IMG/VR virus record: IMGVR_UViG_3300040801_002079
Span: 62,001-126,000 of that record
Direction: 5' to 3' (one strand)
DNA length: 64,000 nt
A program made the position numbers and the translations under genes. Every line of letters starts with the position of its first letter. Positions within the stretch are counted from its first letter, which is position 1. Under the pieces are notes generated by a model. That model searched no databases. It was given only the letters and a program-made list of their open reading frames with translations, and was not told the DNA's origin. Below are positions 43,373-55,715 of the stretch, piece after piece.

Positions 43373-44532
43373 CTATTGTTTAAAAATACAATTCATGATA
43401 TAATGTTTCCATGAAGCATGAAGATGAACGAAGCATTAATGGCTGGACTCCTACCACTCGCCCATGGATTGTGTGTGCTGCAAATCGATATGGCGATACA
43501 ATCATCACTGGTGCACGACATCATGACAACATCATGAGAGCAGCGGTGGCAGCAATTGGTGGGTCATTTGATGCACAGGATCATGATGCATGGAAACGAG
43601 GTCATAGTGTATTGATGAGTCGTGTTCCGGAAGGTGGGCGTGAGGAGCAGGGGTTCATTGATCAATTTGGTCGGTTCTATGATCGGGAAGAAGCCATGCA
43701 ACTGGCTCTTCAAAATGATCAGGTTAATAACCATAAGGGCGAACGTTTTTTATGCAGTGAACACTTGTATTGATTAACAATGATGTGGTAGACTACGACA
43801 ATGAAAAAACTTATTATATTATTGACACTTTTAGTGCTTACAGGTTGTAAAATGGATTTAGAAGTTGAAGACCCCGCCATCGTGAAGTGTACAGATTTTC
43901 GTGATAACGAGGTTTGGCATTTTGATAATCGAACAGCCCGTGATGGAGTAATGCATATGAGCGGTGAGGCGACATATATCGTTACTGATACCAATGGAAA
44001 TAAAAGAGAAATGCGTCACCCCCTTCCTGATTACCTTAAATGTGATATTCACGAGGAACTAAAGTGATTACTTTAAATTCAAAAAACATTTTTGTCGATT
44101 TTGCACTACGAAACAGCATAACAGATAATTGGAAGCAGCCCCGAGACATCTGCTCCTTATTTAATAAGTTTGTAAAATCCTTTTTTGCTTGTTGTTTTGC
44201 CTATGGATTACTGATAATGTCAGTAGTATCTGCTTTATTTGTATTATTGGTGGGCACCCATATGTATTTTACAACTGACAGTCTTAATGTTTTACAAGAT
44301 ATTCAACGTGGGGTATACAACATGTTTACCATGTTTATGCTATGGGGAATAGGGTCATTATTTTTTATCTTTGCAATTGGTTTGATGATGGCTTATTCGG
44401 CAATAGAAGACTTATATAGAGCCACTTTTCGCCCTAAAAACAAATCGAATAACATGTTTAAAGAATGGGTTAAAGCAAAGCGAGATAAATTATGCCCACT
44501 TGTAGAATACAAATAGGATATTAAAAGAGAAA

Positions 44533-44799
44533 ATGACCATCGATAAAGAAAAAGAAGACGAGATAACTGTAAAATGTAATCTCTTTGTTCCCTTAATTTT
44601 TGGCCTTATGCAAAAATGGGACGATCTATACTCAATTGATCCGAAAATAATAGCCGAGGAACTTCAATTAACGGTGACCGAAGTGCATTATCTATTATCA
44701 AATCAGATAAGTCAATTCTCTTTGCAACAGATAATCGCAATTGGAGAAATTGCTGGAATTTGGGATTCACAGGTGCCTCCCCCACTTGAAAATGATTAG
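44533..44799 (+). CDS. Putative XRE-like HTH protein
   Basis: IAEELQLT...V..LL...ISQFSLQQI. Confidence 0.5.
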   Translation: MTIDKEKEDEITVKCNLFVPLIFGLMQKWDDLYSIDPKIIAEELQLTVTEVHYLLSNQISQFSLQQIIAIGEIAGIWDSQVPPPLEND

Positions 44800-46824
44800 A
44801 TGCGTTTTAACGTAAAATTAGAGGAGTAAATTATGCACGAAGATTTGGGTTATAGTTCCACAAAATTACATTTTCCCTTTTGGGTGAAATTTATCATAGC
44901 GTTTATCGGTCTTGCCTTGTTTTACATTGCTGGAATTTATTTAATAAAGGGTTTTATATTTTTAGTAATGACCTATCCGACACCTTCACTGATTGTAATA
45001 ATGGGTTCACTTATTTCACTTCTTGCTGGTTTGATAGCATCCTTATGGCACTATAGTTAGGAGATTAAAATGGAAATTATTGGATTTGATGCCTTCGCCT
45101 TTATTTTTTTCGGCATTGTGTTGGCCTTCGGTTGGTACATGTTGTTTCATAATGCACCTTTTACCATTCAATTTATCACGGAGTGACTTATGAAAGAACT
45201 TAGTGCTTCAAACTCAATTATTGCAGATTTCTTATTGAATGGGACGTTTAGTGTTACAAGGGGACGGACAGACATTTGTGAGTTAATGGTTGATTTCATT
45301 GCCCAGTTTGTGTTTACTTCATTTATGTTTTTATCCCTCATTGTTATCACATGGACATCCCTGTTTTCTTCTGTAATGGTGCTTGATTTTTTTGTTGGGC
45401 CTCAGTATTTTACGGATTTCTATTTGTATGTGAGGGAATTTAATACGCCATCTGCACTTTTTTGGATTACATCATTGATGGGGGGTCTGATGACTACACC
45501 CATTGTAATTATTGGACTGCTTATTACATTTATCAAGAAGCACCGATCTGATAGTGAATCTTTTATCGGAAATTGGTGGAAATCAAAGCGTCAGAGGATG
45601 TGCTTCGATATTAAAGTTGTGCCATAAATATTAGAGAGACTAGAATTATGAGAGAACCAACTCATTATCTATGTGATAATCACCCCTTGCATGATTTCTA
45701 TGCCAAAGAGGATCATCCGCGTAAGGAAGTAGATGGTGAAATGGTAGTACAGTGCCCTTATTGTATGGCTGTTACCATTCGATATCTCAACGAGAAAATG
45801 GTATTGTTTAAAAAATACATTAATCATGTGGGTGAGTGTGAAGGTATAGATTTTACGGGAAATTCATTAACCTGTTCAGATAAATTTACGGATGAAGAAA
45901 AGAAAGATTTACGTATTATAGCTAAAGCCGCTTGGGAGGAAAGTCAATGAAACCTATCGTTATTATATTCTTAATTGTACTAGCAGCATTTATATTCATG
46001 GTCAAGAAGGATGTTAAAACATATCACATCACTTGTCAGATCGATGGACTTTCTTTGTATGATGGAATTGGAACACAACTTGAGTACCCTGACAGTGGGG
46101 AAAATCAGCTAATCTTTGTTGATGAAAATGGAGATGAGGTTGCCATTTCAAACAAGGCAACCTGTCAAATTAAATAGTTATTTTTCTATTCACCTAATGC
46201 GTCAATGGCGTTTTTGCAGTCAATGCTCAAACGCCCCTTTTCCCAGCATTCTTCGAACTCTGCTTGCGCATAACGAATCTTTTCTTTCAGTTCTCTTAAT
46301 TCCTTGCGCTCTACCTGCAAACGGTTAGCTGCCCATTCGGGGGATTTCTTGCACAACTTCAGTAGAGTCATAAATTCTTCGTGTCGTGGATCAAAACCAC
46401 CTTCTATAATTACCATGTTTAATTTCCTTTATTTAAAAAGATTTCATGATCAGTATCATACCACATCATTTGCTTCATATCAACCATTGTGTTATAATTC
46501 ACCCCGTTAATTTTAGCAGGAGAAGAAAATGTTTAAGGCCAGAAAATGTGTCGTAAAAAATGTTAACGCAATTTGCAAACCTAATAATAGCCGCAGGATG
46601 GATTGGCGTAAATATGCCTTTTTGTATATTGTAAGTAAGGCTGAATTGGAAAACTGTGATTATAGCAATGCGTGTGGTATGCATGATAATGATGGTATCC
46701 ATCTATGGTGGGACAATCGTGATGCACTTGTCAGGTTTGCATGGAAGTATAAAGATGAGCCTGACCTCAAGTGGAAAATTTATAAAGAGTTTGTTACAGA
46801 ATAAATATAAAAAAGGAGTTTAAA

Positions 46825-47247
46825 ATGAAACTTGATCAAATTTTAAATGAAAGATGGTATGAAGATGAATGGGAAGATGAAGATGGTGATTATGGATGGT
46901 TGCCCATTTCATCTAGAGAAAATGGATTCTGGTTCGAAAATTTTGACAGTGTTGATAAACATAATAGTTGGTTTGATGGCATCGGAAAAGATTTATATGA
47001 ACTAGGCAGTGAAAAGTTCAATAAGAAATTTGACGATCTTCGTTGGGAAGAATACTACTTCCCCCCAGATTGGCAAGAGGTTGTTTCTAGAATGCCCGAT
47101 CCGAGGAAATTCGGAATTGATCCCACACGACCCGATAATACAGATATTAATGCTGGTAAACAATTTTTGGATGCATTTACTGACTGGTTTGAATCGGAAG
47201 AGTTAAACGATAACATTAAGCTTGAGGGCGATTTAAGGAGTTTATAA
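46825..47247 (+). CDS. Acidic late protein with MKLDQILNE tag
   Basis: AATAAATA at about 46800 and AGGAG RBS. Confidence 0.7.
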   Translation: MKLDQILNERWYEDEWEDEDGDYGWLPISSRENGFWFENFDSVDKHNSWFDGIGKDLYELGSEKFNKKFDDLRWEEYYFPPDWQEVVSRMPDPRKFGIDPTRPDNTDINAGKQFLDAFTDWFESEELNDNIKLEGDLRSL

Positions 47248-47582
47248 TGAAACTTGATCAAGTATTAAATGAATGGAATGACTGGGATGACTTGAGTGGT
47301 CATCATCGTGCGGGAGCGTCAGAAGCAGATCGTGAAGAAATAATTAATGACATTTATCAGTATCTCAATCAGCCCCATATGAAACGTCACATGGAAAAAC
47401 ATTGTCCCCGACTATTAGCATCCAATAGTTTAGATGCAATTGCGGATCAAGTCGCATTTACTCCCATTGATGGAAAGAATGTGATTGATTGGATTGATGG
47501 AGATGAATATTACACAGATGATGACTTTGAAGATCAAGTAGAAGATGCACTTCAAAAACTAGAAGAACCCCTCTGGCACTAA
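47247..47582 (+). CDS. Acidic late protein with MKLDQVLNE tag
   Basis: RBS and first 9 codons nearly identical to 46825; remainder unrelated. Confidence 0.7.
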   Translation: MKLDQVLNEWNDWDDLSGHHRAGASEADREEIINDIYQYLNQPHMKRHMEKHCPRLLASNSLDAIADQVAFTPIDGKNVIDWIDGDEYYTDDDFEDQVEDALQKLEEPLWH

Positions 47583-48984
47583 CACTCTTCCATTACTGGT
47601 AATTAATATAAAAATCAATAACTTGTATATTCCTCAATTACTCCGTTCAGGTCATCAGCCCAGACATGCTTTACTCCGGGAGGTGCCATTGGTGTTTGTT
47701 GTGCATTTTCCAAAAGTGCTCCCAGATCATTAAGTAGGTTGTTTGTAAAAGCGAACTCTGTTGAGTATCCCTCCATAAACTCTATAATCATGGGACGAAG
47801 ATTATCACTCATGTCCTCATTGATTATCGCTTCAACCAAATCATTATATCTTTCACCCGTCATTCTTTTCATATTAATATCTCCTATTTCCTTCAGTGTA
47901 ATATTGTATTTGCTTACTGTCAACAGGTGTGATATGATTTAATCTCGTGGAGGATTAAAATTATGCAAGAATCTGTAGAGCAGTTTATGAATCAGTTTCC
48001 AACACTGAATGATTGGGTGGATTGGGTAATAGCCCTTTTATTCTTTTCAGTTGTTTGGCTATCGGGATCGGTAGACTCTATTCGAAAAGTTGTAGAACAT
48101 AAAATAATGTGGCTTGCTAATCCGTTGGGAATTATTCTTATAGTTGGAGGACATGCGTTTGTCACATATGTTTTGTTTAAGTTAATTCTAACAAATGAGG
48201 TTTTATTCCAATGAATAGAATTGAAGAACTTCTTGATCGCCTAGAAAACATGGCAGAGAATTGGCGACTCGCTGAAAAGTATGATCCAGTGTGGTTTCCG
48301 GGAATTCGAGAACCTCGTCTGGATGGCAATGATTGTTCAAAAGAACTTCGTGAATTAATTGAGGAGTATAGAAATGGCTGATTGTGTTATGTGTGGAAGT
48401 TGGGTTCCAGATGGTCAACGCACATGTTCAATGTGCTATGGCGATCCAGAATATGGAAGTGATGGATATTACAAAGATTTTTTACGACAACAGGAAGAGC
48501 AAGAGCAGAGAATTCGAGAGTATGAGAGACAATATGAAGAAGAAGGTCCCCCACCCTAAACCGGGAGTCATGAGCAAGGAAGAGTTTTTTGGAAGATTCA
48601 TTGTTCCAGCCAGTAAAAAATATTTTAACCCTAAGCCCAATGGAAAGGCTAAATGAAGATATACGATGAAGAATATGAACATCCACCCGAGTGGATTGAG
48701 GACAACATCAATGACATGCTTTCTGGATATGATGATATCCGAGAACTGTTTAAATTAGAAAAAAGCTTTGAGTTTGTCATTCATGATCTACGTTCATTTT
48801 ACTGGAGTGAGGCGGAAAATAATCAATTGGCTTGCATTCTAAATGGCAGACAATCTTTCTGGCCTATTGCACAGTCAGTCAAATTAGGTTATACTACTTT
48901 AGTGTTATTCAAGGGATTACCCCCAAGTCGGGTATTCGTATTGAGTAACAATTGTAAAATTCCAATGGAACGATTCAGGACAAT

Positions 48985-49200
48985 ATGATGAGCACAAAAC
49001 GAGAGGTTGTACTTTGCTGGGACTGTAATGGCACTGGGGAACGTGAAATACCCGGAGAGCTTTATGACTATCATAAAGGTCTCTATCACGACTCAGCTAC
49101 GGAAACATGTTCAACATGCGATGGCTTGGGGCGATTGGTTGTTACTACTACGGTTACAGTTTCAACCCTGAGTCAAGCGTCAGGGCCTCCACATAATTAA
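48985..49200 (+). CDS. DnaJ-type CxxCxGxG zinc-finger protein
   Basis: CWDCNGTG and CSTCDGLG. Confidence 0.7.
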   Translation: MMSTKREVVLCWDCNGTGEREIPGELYDYHKGLYHDSATETCSTCDGLGRLVVTTTVTVSTLSQASGPPHN

Positions 49201-49212
49201 TAGGAGATTGAA

Positions 49213-49602
49213 ATGACACAAATGATTTATAGTGCAATGCGAACCCCCGATGGGACTATTATTGAAAGTACCCATCGACATGATTATGTGACTCATACTG
49301 ATGCCAATGGTCGTGAGTACATGCTAGATGGGGGGCATGATTATGTTCGATCTTCTGCATGGGGTGATGAGGAATATATCATTCATACAATGGATGAGGA
49401 TCATGAAATTCGCCGTGAATTTTTCAGGTGGGGATCATGGGGTAAGGATGGAAAAGGTCCGTTTAAGCGAATCCCATTGAAAGACTTAACTGATGAGCAT
49501 ATTGCTGCTATTTTGGAAACCCAAGAGCAGATTAGAGGAACATATGTTGAAGAACTAATGATCGCTGAACAGAACTATCGCAAGGAGAACCCTGATGTAT
49601 AA
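49213..49602 (+). CDS. Conserved hypothetical phage protein (ES.HRHDY...DGG.DY.R)
   Basis: 129 aa ORF with AGGAG RBS and a recognisable phage motif. Confidence 0.7.
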   Translation: MTQMIYSAMRTPDGTIIESTHRHDYVTHTDANGREYMLDGGHDYVRSSAWGDEEYIIHTMDEDHEIRREFFRWGSWGKDGKGPFKRIPLKDLTDEHIAAILETQEQIRGTYVEELMIAEQNYRKENPDV

Positions 49603-51892
49603 AGATGGTTACATTGTTTTTAGCACAAACGGTGAGTTCTTTGACACCGAATTTGATTGTGTATGTGATGAAGTTGAAGACCTTCGTGAAGATGGTGAGA
49701 TTGTAAGTATATGGGTTGGTGAACTTGATGAAGTTAATCACCGGGATTACATTAATGCTCACTATATTGTCGAACAAATGGCTGATGCGGCATATGATGA
49801 TTTAGATGACTTTACAGAAGGTTATCTGGATGATGTAACCATGAAGCAACTTGACGAATTGGAAGAAGTTATCTCCAATTGGTTCGATGAGAATGTTTCA
49901 AAACCATCGTTTTTCAGGGTTCGAAACATGAGAGAGGTTAGTTTTAAAGTGGGTCAACGGGATAAGGCATGGAAGGCAATACATGACGGATAAAATAAGA
50001 CCACTATCTGAATATCTTGATGAAAGTTGGGAAGACCCGCATAAGCGTAAGTATTTGAAAGAGGCGGTGTTTGACTATAATCGCAGACTTCGTGAAGAAA
50101 ATGAGGCTCTTATTGCTTTTATAGATGAATATATGGGAGTTCCCGATGGGACCAGACTGTGGCCCATGTTTGAACATGCTAATAGAGTCGTTAAGCGATT
50201 TGAAAAAATGGACCAAAGAATATCCCAACTGGAAGAGGTTATAGAAATTCTACGCAACTGTGACCCCGTTACTATACAAATGCCCGTTGGTGGTAACGTT
50301 CCATTTGTACCATATAGTAAAATTAGAAGATTACTGGAGAAAGTTTAATGACTAAAGAAAAGGGCAATAACAACCCCTTCAAGTCTGCAATAGAAAAAGC
50401 TAAAAAGGATTTAGAAGGATTCGATGAAGCCATGGAGATTGTTAAAGAGTTGAGAAACCCAACAAAGAATAGGCCGTTTATTCACAAAGAGCGGGTACAG
50501 AAAGGACCCTATGAGGTTGTGGAAGAAGAAACCACGTATGATGAAATTGATGAAATTTTTGGTACGGATGGTAACAATCTTGTAAGTTCAATGATGCAAA
50601 GAATTCGTGATTACGAAGATGTAATTAAAACTTTAACCGATGAAAATAAAAGATTAAAGAATTCTAATAAAATTTCGGTCATTTCTGAGGACATTTCCAG
50701 TCTAAGAGATTGGATTTTAGGGGAATCCAAAAGGCTAAATGATGAAATTAGGAATATATCTAAAGTTGTCAAGGATGTTAAAAAGTGCAAGGTTTATGTA
50801 CTAGATTCAAGAGGTAATATGATTGAAGAGAGTGATGATACACCGTTATCTGCAATTAGATATATACAAAGAGATGATGTATTAAGAGTTTTTAAAAACA
50901 GGAGGCTGGTTGATAAAAATGGCTAATAAAACTTTAGAAGTTTGGTACAGATATGATGATGACTATGATGGAAATGTGCTCTGCACAAAGTATGAAGTAT
51001 TAAAGCATACCCCGAAAGGTGTTTGGTTAAAGTTTGGAAACAATGATAAATTTGTACTAAAAGGTGCTAGGAAGCGTTTTGCATGTCCAGATAAGGATTC
51101 AGCATTAGAGTCTTTTATAGCTAGGAAATATTCACAGCGCAAAATTGTTAGAAGACAGGTTGATAGGGTGGAAAAGGCAATACTTTCTGCACAAACAATT
51201 CAGGCTGGATTAAAACCACATAGATTTACACAAGTATATACCATAGGGAGCTTTACGCATGACTATCCATAACAATAATGAATTAGACTGGGCTAGATTA
51301 TTAAAAGAACAAGAAGAAGAAACCAAACGATATAAAGCTTTATATGAAACACGAGAAAAGCAATTGGAATGTGCTCATAAGCGAATTCGTGACATAAAGC
51401 GATGTCAGAGATATAGTATTGATAAAAACGGCAATCCAGTTGAATGGAGATTCGGAAAGTGGATCATTCATGAAGAAATGGTAAAAGCTGCGGCCCTTCC
51501 CCATGAAGATGACGAGAGGTAAAAACAATGTTTCCTGATACATATTGTGCATTCTGTCATAATAGAACAGCAACCGGATGTGAACATTGCAACCCCTCTG
51601 TTCATGGACGCATTGACTTTTTTCCCGATCCCCCCGATTTGGAAAGAGAAATTGAAGAGATTAAAAAGCGGTTAGATAAGCTGGAGAATAAAGATGTTTA
51701 GTTGGGTGTTATTACTGGCAAGTCTTATATTATTAGCTGGTGTAATGTTAATGGCTGGGTATGACTTTAAAAAGCAAACCGTGCCCGTACTTATAGGGGC
51801 GACACTTCTTTGGGTATTGATTACATTGGCAAATTTTATATCTCCAACCACATAGCTTTCTATAAATACGGATAATAATCCGAGGATTTGCT

Positions 51893-53212
51893 ATGAAAAT
51901 TAATGAAGTCATGGGCGGTGAAAAACGAGCCGCGATAAAAAAGGGTACGAAAAGACCCATGGGACTTTCCCATAAAATCAATAAACAGTCTAAGAAACTC
52001 CAAAATAAAGCTGCTAGACGCAAAAGCAAGCGTGAATTGGAATTGTCTGAGTCTATAAATGTAATTCTATTTGAAAAACTAAAATTACTCCATGATAAGA
52101 AAAATGGAGTTCTCGCTGTGGCTTCCGACGAAACTGACCCCAAAAAGGCAAGCCGAGAAACGTATCGCAATAAAGATGCTCTTAAGTCTGCTGGTTTTAA
52201 ATGGTCTGGTGGCAACTGGACTATTAGTGATTCTGAGTTTGAAAAAGCCAAGTCTACATTAACCACAATTAACAAAACAGAATACCTGATTAATAAACTG
52301 GAAGATGTTCAGGAATTTATCGGTGATGCTACCAGTGACCCTAAGAAGGGGAGATTAACCGATATGATTCAGGGTTATATTGATGACTTGGCAAGTGCTA
52401 CAGATGAAGCCGCTGCTGCCGAAGAAATACGTAAGTATTTGGATTTCTTCTCTAATTTTTATCAGTACAGTTTCTTCAATAAGATTTTAATCTATATTCA
52501 GAACCCGGATGCAACTCAGGTTGCTAGCTATAAAAACTGGAGGAAAAAGCATCGTCAGGTTAAGAAGGGCGCTAAAGGTATGCAGATTCTCGTACCTATA
52601 TTCCCAAAGGGACGCAATCCAAAATATGATGATGTGGATGAGGATGATAAAGCTCAGCCAGTAAGATTCATTGTTGGCAGCGTGTTTGATATTAAGGACA
52701 CGGAAGCTATAGATGAAAGAGGTGAGGCTCCTGAAGAACCAGAGTGGTGGGGTGACAATACTCCAAGTGAAACGGCTAAAGACCTATTCAATTTGGTTGT
52801 CAAGGCAGCAGAAGCTGAAGGCATTGATATAACCTCTGATGATGCGAAAGGGGGAGAGAAGGGCTACAGTTCTGGTGGACATATTAACATCACATCGAAT
52901 GTAGAAGGTGTGGGTGAAGTTTCCACGATGGTTCATGAGTTTGCACACGAATTAATGCACTGGAAGGATCGCTCCAAGTTTTATGTTGGTGATGAGGCCG
53001 CTGGAAACAGGAAACTTAAAGAACTACAAGCCGAGAGTGTGTCATATGTTGTCCTGAAGCATTATAAGCTTCCAGTTGAGCATCACACTAAATATCTTGC
53101 TTTGTGGAGAGCAACCGGTGAAAAAATCAAGAACAACATTGAAACAATTTCAAAAGTTGCTCATTACATTATTAAAAAGATTGACGCTCAAGCAGAAAAG
53201 AAATCTAAATAA
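51893..53212 (+). CDS. ArdC-like ssDNA-binding domain plus zincin metallopeptidase (anti-restriction/polyvalent type)
   Basis: YSFFNKILIYIQNPDATQVASY..W....RQVKKGAKG..IL.P, VFDI..TE, HEFAHELMH, ELQAESVSY; TATAAATA at 51861. Confidence 0.88.
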   Translation: MKINEVMGGEKRAAIKKGTKRPMGLSHKINKQSKKLQNKAARRKSKRELELSESINVILFEKLKLLHDKKNGVLAVASDETDPKKASRETYRNKDALKSAGFKWSGGNWTISDSEFEKAKSTLTTINKTEYLINKLEDVQEFIGDATSDPKKGRLTDMIQGYIDDLASATDEAAAAEEIRKYLDFFSNFYQYSFFNKILIYIQNPDATQVASYKNWRKKHRQVKKGAKGMQILVPIFPKGRNPKYDDVDEDDKAQPVRFIVGSVFDIKDTEAIDERGEAPEEPEWWGDNTPSETAKDLFNLVVKAAEAEGIDITSDDAKGGEKGYSSGGHINITSNVEGVGEVSTMVHEFAHELMHWKDRSKFYVGDEAAGNRKLKELQAESVSYVVLKHYKLPVEHHTKYLALWRATGEKIKNNIETISKVAHYIIKKIDAQAEKKSK

Positions 53213-53248
53213 GTTGACACCTGATACGTCATACCGTATAATGGCGGT

Positions 53249-54055
53249 ATGACTACACATAGAGAACAATTTTTAAATCAATGCGCCTGTATTGATTTTG
53301 AAACAACGAGCTTAGAACCCGAAGAAGCTGAAATCATTGAGCAAGGCATAAGTGTATACGAAGATGGGAACTGGACTGTGGCAACTTCTATGTTGCACGA
53401 CTGTAAAGCTCCAGATGTTCCAGCCGAAGCATCCGCTGTAAACAACATTACGAAGCCAATGCTAAAAGGTTACGGCCCATTCAGTCTTGATAATTTCGGA
53501 TTATTATCTATAAAGCCTCATAGGAATATATTAATTTCACATAATGTCAAATATGACAGCATGGTATTAAAGAACTATGTTGATCCCGAGACATTTGAAG
53601 CACTTTCTTCTAATTGGCTATGCAGCTATCGTATGGCTAAAAAGTTATATGTTAATCGTCCCGAGTATAAATCATTAAGCCTTGCCTATCTACGGTACAG
53701 GCGCAAGCTATGTGAATTTGTTAAAATTCCAACCGAGCCTCACAGAGCGGGATATGATTCGTACATCAATGGCCTTCTTTTGGAGGACATTATCGACATA
53801 TTAGAAGAGGCTAATATATTGGATAAGGATAAACCATACTTTGGACAACTAAAAGATTGGCTGAAGCCACCTATAATGTTGGAATACATGCCCGGATTTG
53901 GTAAACATGCTGGGGAACGGTTGGACGAACTTGATTTCGGCTATTTGAAATGGGTGTTCGAAAATACCGACAGATGTGATGAGGATAGTCCCGAGTATGA
54001 TATTGATCTGGCAACTACATTAGCTGGATATATGGCAAAAGCTTATAAGGGTTGA
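53249..54055 (+). CDS. DnaQ-like DEDDh 3'-5' exonuclease (ExoX-like)
   Basis: IDFETT, SHNVKYD, HRAGYD; C-terminal FGKHAG......GYLKW. Confidence 0.88.
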   Translation: MTTHREQFLNQCACIDFETTSLEPEEAEIIEQGISVYEDGNWTVATSMLHDCKAPDVPAEASAVNNITKPMLKGYGPFSLDNFGLLSIKPHRNILISHNVKYDSMVLKNYVDPETFEALSSNWLCSYRMAKKLYVNRPEYKSLSLAYLRYRRKLCEFVKIPTEPHRAGYDSYINGLLLEDIIDILEEANILDKDKPYFGQLKDWLKPPIMLEYMPGFGKHAGERLDELDFGYLKWVFENTDRCDEDSPEYDIDLATTLAGYMAKAYKG

Positions 54056-54352
54056 TATAAATGGATGATTTTTATAAAGAAATTATAGATTATATTCGCA
54101 AATCTGATGAAAAGAAGGTTCACTTAGCAGAGTTATGGGATGTTTTCTTTGAAGGAAAAGATATTCCTGCCGGGGCTATCATGATGGGGCTATCTCATGA
54201 TAGCATTAAACGGGTCATAGGCTTGTTTTCTCCGTATACTGGAAACCTATTAGAAACATATGATTCTCTTGGGGATATTCCGTATACATGGGATGAAGAT
54301 GGGGCATCATTTGAAATTAATGATACACATATCAGCGTGTGGTATGAATTAA

Positions 54353-54391
54353 ATGAGTAAGGTTGGCTTCACATGCTCAACGTTTGATTTA
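54353..54391 (+). pseudogene. Stranded original 5' end of the cytidylyltransferase gene (MSKVGFTCSTFDL)
   Basis: Peptide matches MKIGFTCSTWDL at 55100 and is separated from it by the endonuclease gene. Confidence 0.8.
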
Positions 54392-54437
54392 ACATATTGG
54401 ACTTCTGATAAATATAATCAGAAAGAGGAGTCTTTAT

Positions 54438-55103
54438 ATGTTTGGGTATATCTATATAACAACAAACCTGATTAATGATAAGAAATATATTGGAAAAAGA
54501 TATGGTGCGTTTGATTCAACATATTATGGATCAGGCACTATATTAAAAAAGGCTATAGAGAAGTACGGACTTAAAAACTTTAACACTGTACTCTTGAAAG
54601 AATGTTGCAATGAAGAAGATATTAATAAATCAGAAAAAATATTAATACGTGTATTGAATCCGGAATATAACATAGCTGAAGGTGGAGCAGGAGGGAACAC
54701 TCTACTACATGCGTCAGATGATCATAAATTAGAGGTGATTAAAAAAAGGTCTATATCCTTAAAGAAAGCATGGGATCGTAAAGATAGGAAAAAGTGGGGC
54801 AAAGCTATAAGTGAGGCAAAAAAAGGTAAAAGGTGTGGCGGGGTTAAAGCACATACTGATGAAACTAAATTGAAAATATCAAAAAGTAATAAAATTGCGG
54901 CTAAAAATAGACCGGAATCATGGAAAGTTAATCACCAAATTGCGTCAGAAAAGAGGAAGGGTATTCCAAATAAAAAATGCATGAAACCCCTAATCCTAGA
55001 TGGTAAAAAGTATAATAGTAGAAAAGAGGCAGCGAAGAAACTTGGTGTAACGGGATCAATGATAACTTACTATATTAAAAAGGGTAGAGGTAGATATTTA
55101 TGA
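54438..55103 (+). CDS. GIY-YIG homing endonuclease (Seg-like, NUMOD/HTH C-terminus)
   Basis: GYIYITTNLIN.KKYIG, YYGSG..L..AI.KYG..NF, YNIAEGGAGG, HTDETKLKIS, YNS.KEAAK.LG. Confidence 0.9.
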   Translation: MFGYIYITTNLINDKKYIGKRYGAFDSTYYGSGTILKKAIEKYGLKNFNTVLLKECCNEEDINKSEKILIRVLNPEYNIAEGGAGGNTLLHASDDHKLEVIKKRSISLKKAWDRKDRKKWGKAISEAKKGKRCGGVKAHTDETKLKISKSNKIAAKNRPESWKVNHQIASEKRKGIPNKKCMKPLILDGKKYNSRKEAAKKLGVTGSMITYYIKKGRGRYL

Positions 55104-55516
55104 AAATAGGGTTTACGTGCAGTACATGGGATTTATTACATTCCGGGCATATTATCATGTTACGACAAGCTAAAGCACAGTGTGACTACCTGATTTGTGG
55201 ACTCCAAGTTGATCCATCTGTTGACCGCTCTGAAAAAAATTCTCCCGTGCAAACATTGGTTGAGCGATATATTCAATTATCTGCTGTCAAATATGTTGAT
55301 GAAATTATAACCTATCAAACTGAAAAGGATTTAGAAGATATATTGCAAATGATTGATATTGATGTCAGAATACTAGGCGAGGAATACCGAGAAAAAGATT
55401 TTACCGGTAAAGCAATTTGCAGAAAAAGAGGTATTGACTTATTCTTCAACAAGAGGGATCATAGATTTTCTACTTCCGATTTAAGGAAGCGAGTTATGGA
55501 GGCAAACAATGTCTGA
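55100..55516 (+). CDS. tagD: Glycerol-3-phosphate cytidylyltransferase-like (TagD family)
   Basis: DLLHSGH (HxGH), DYLICGL, ER...L...KYVDEI, R....STS. Confidence 0.85.
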   Translation: MKIGFTCSTWDLLHSGHIIMLRQAKAQCDYLICGLQVDPSVDRSEKNSPVQTLVERYIQLSAVKYVDEIITYQTEKDLEDILQMIDIDVRILGEEYREKDFTGKAICRKRGIDLFFNKRDHRFSTSDLRKRVMEANNV

Positions 55517-55715
55517 TTGGATTAATATTGACGAAGAACGTCCCGTTAAAATAAAGAAATACAAAGTTTTATTGAATGAAGAGCATGAATACGAAGCAAC
55601 GTGGCATCCGGGTAAAGGAGAAAATGGAATGTTCGTTGATATTAACCTCATGATGGAGCTTCCTGATGTAACACATTGGAAGGATAATACTAAATATCTA
55701 AGAGGTACCGAATAA
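55509..55715 (+). CDS. DUF551-like small protein
   Basis: MSDWINIDEERP...VTHW. Confidence 0.65.
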   Translation: MSDWINIDEERPVKIKKYKVLLNEEHEYEATWHPGKGENGMFVDINLMMELPDVTHWKDNTKYLRGTE

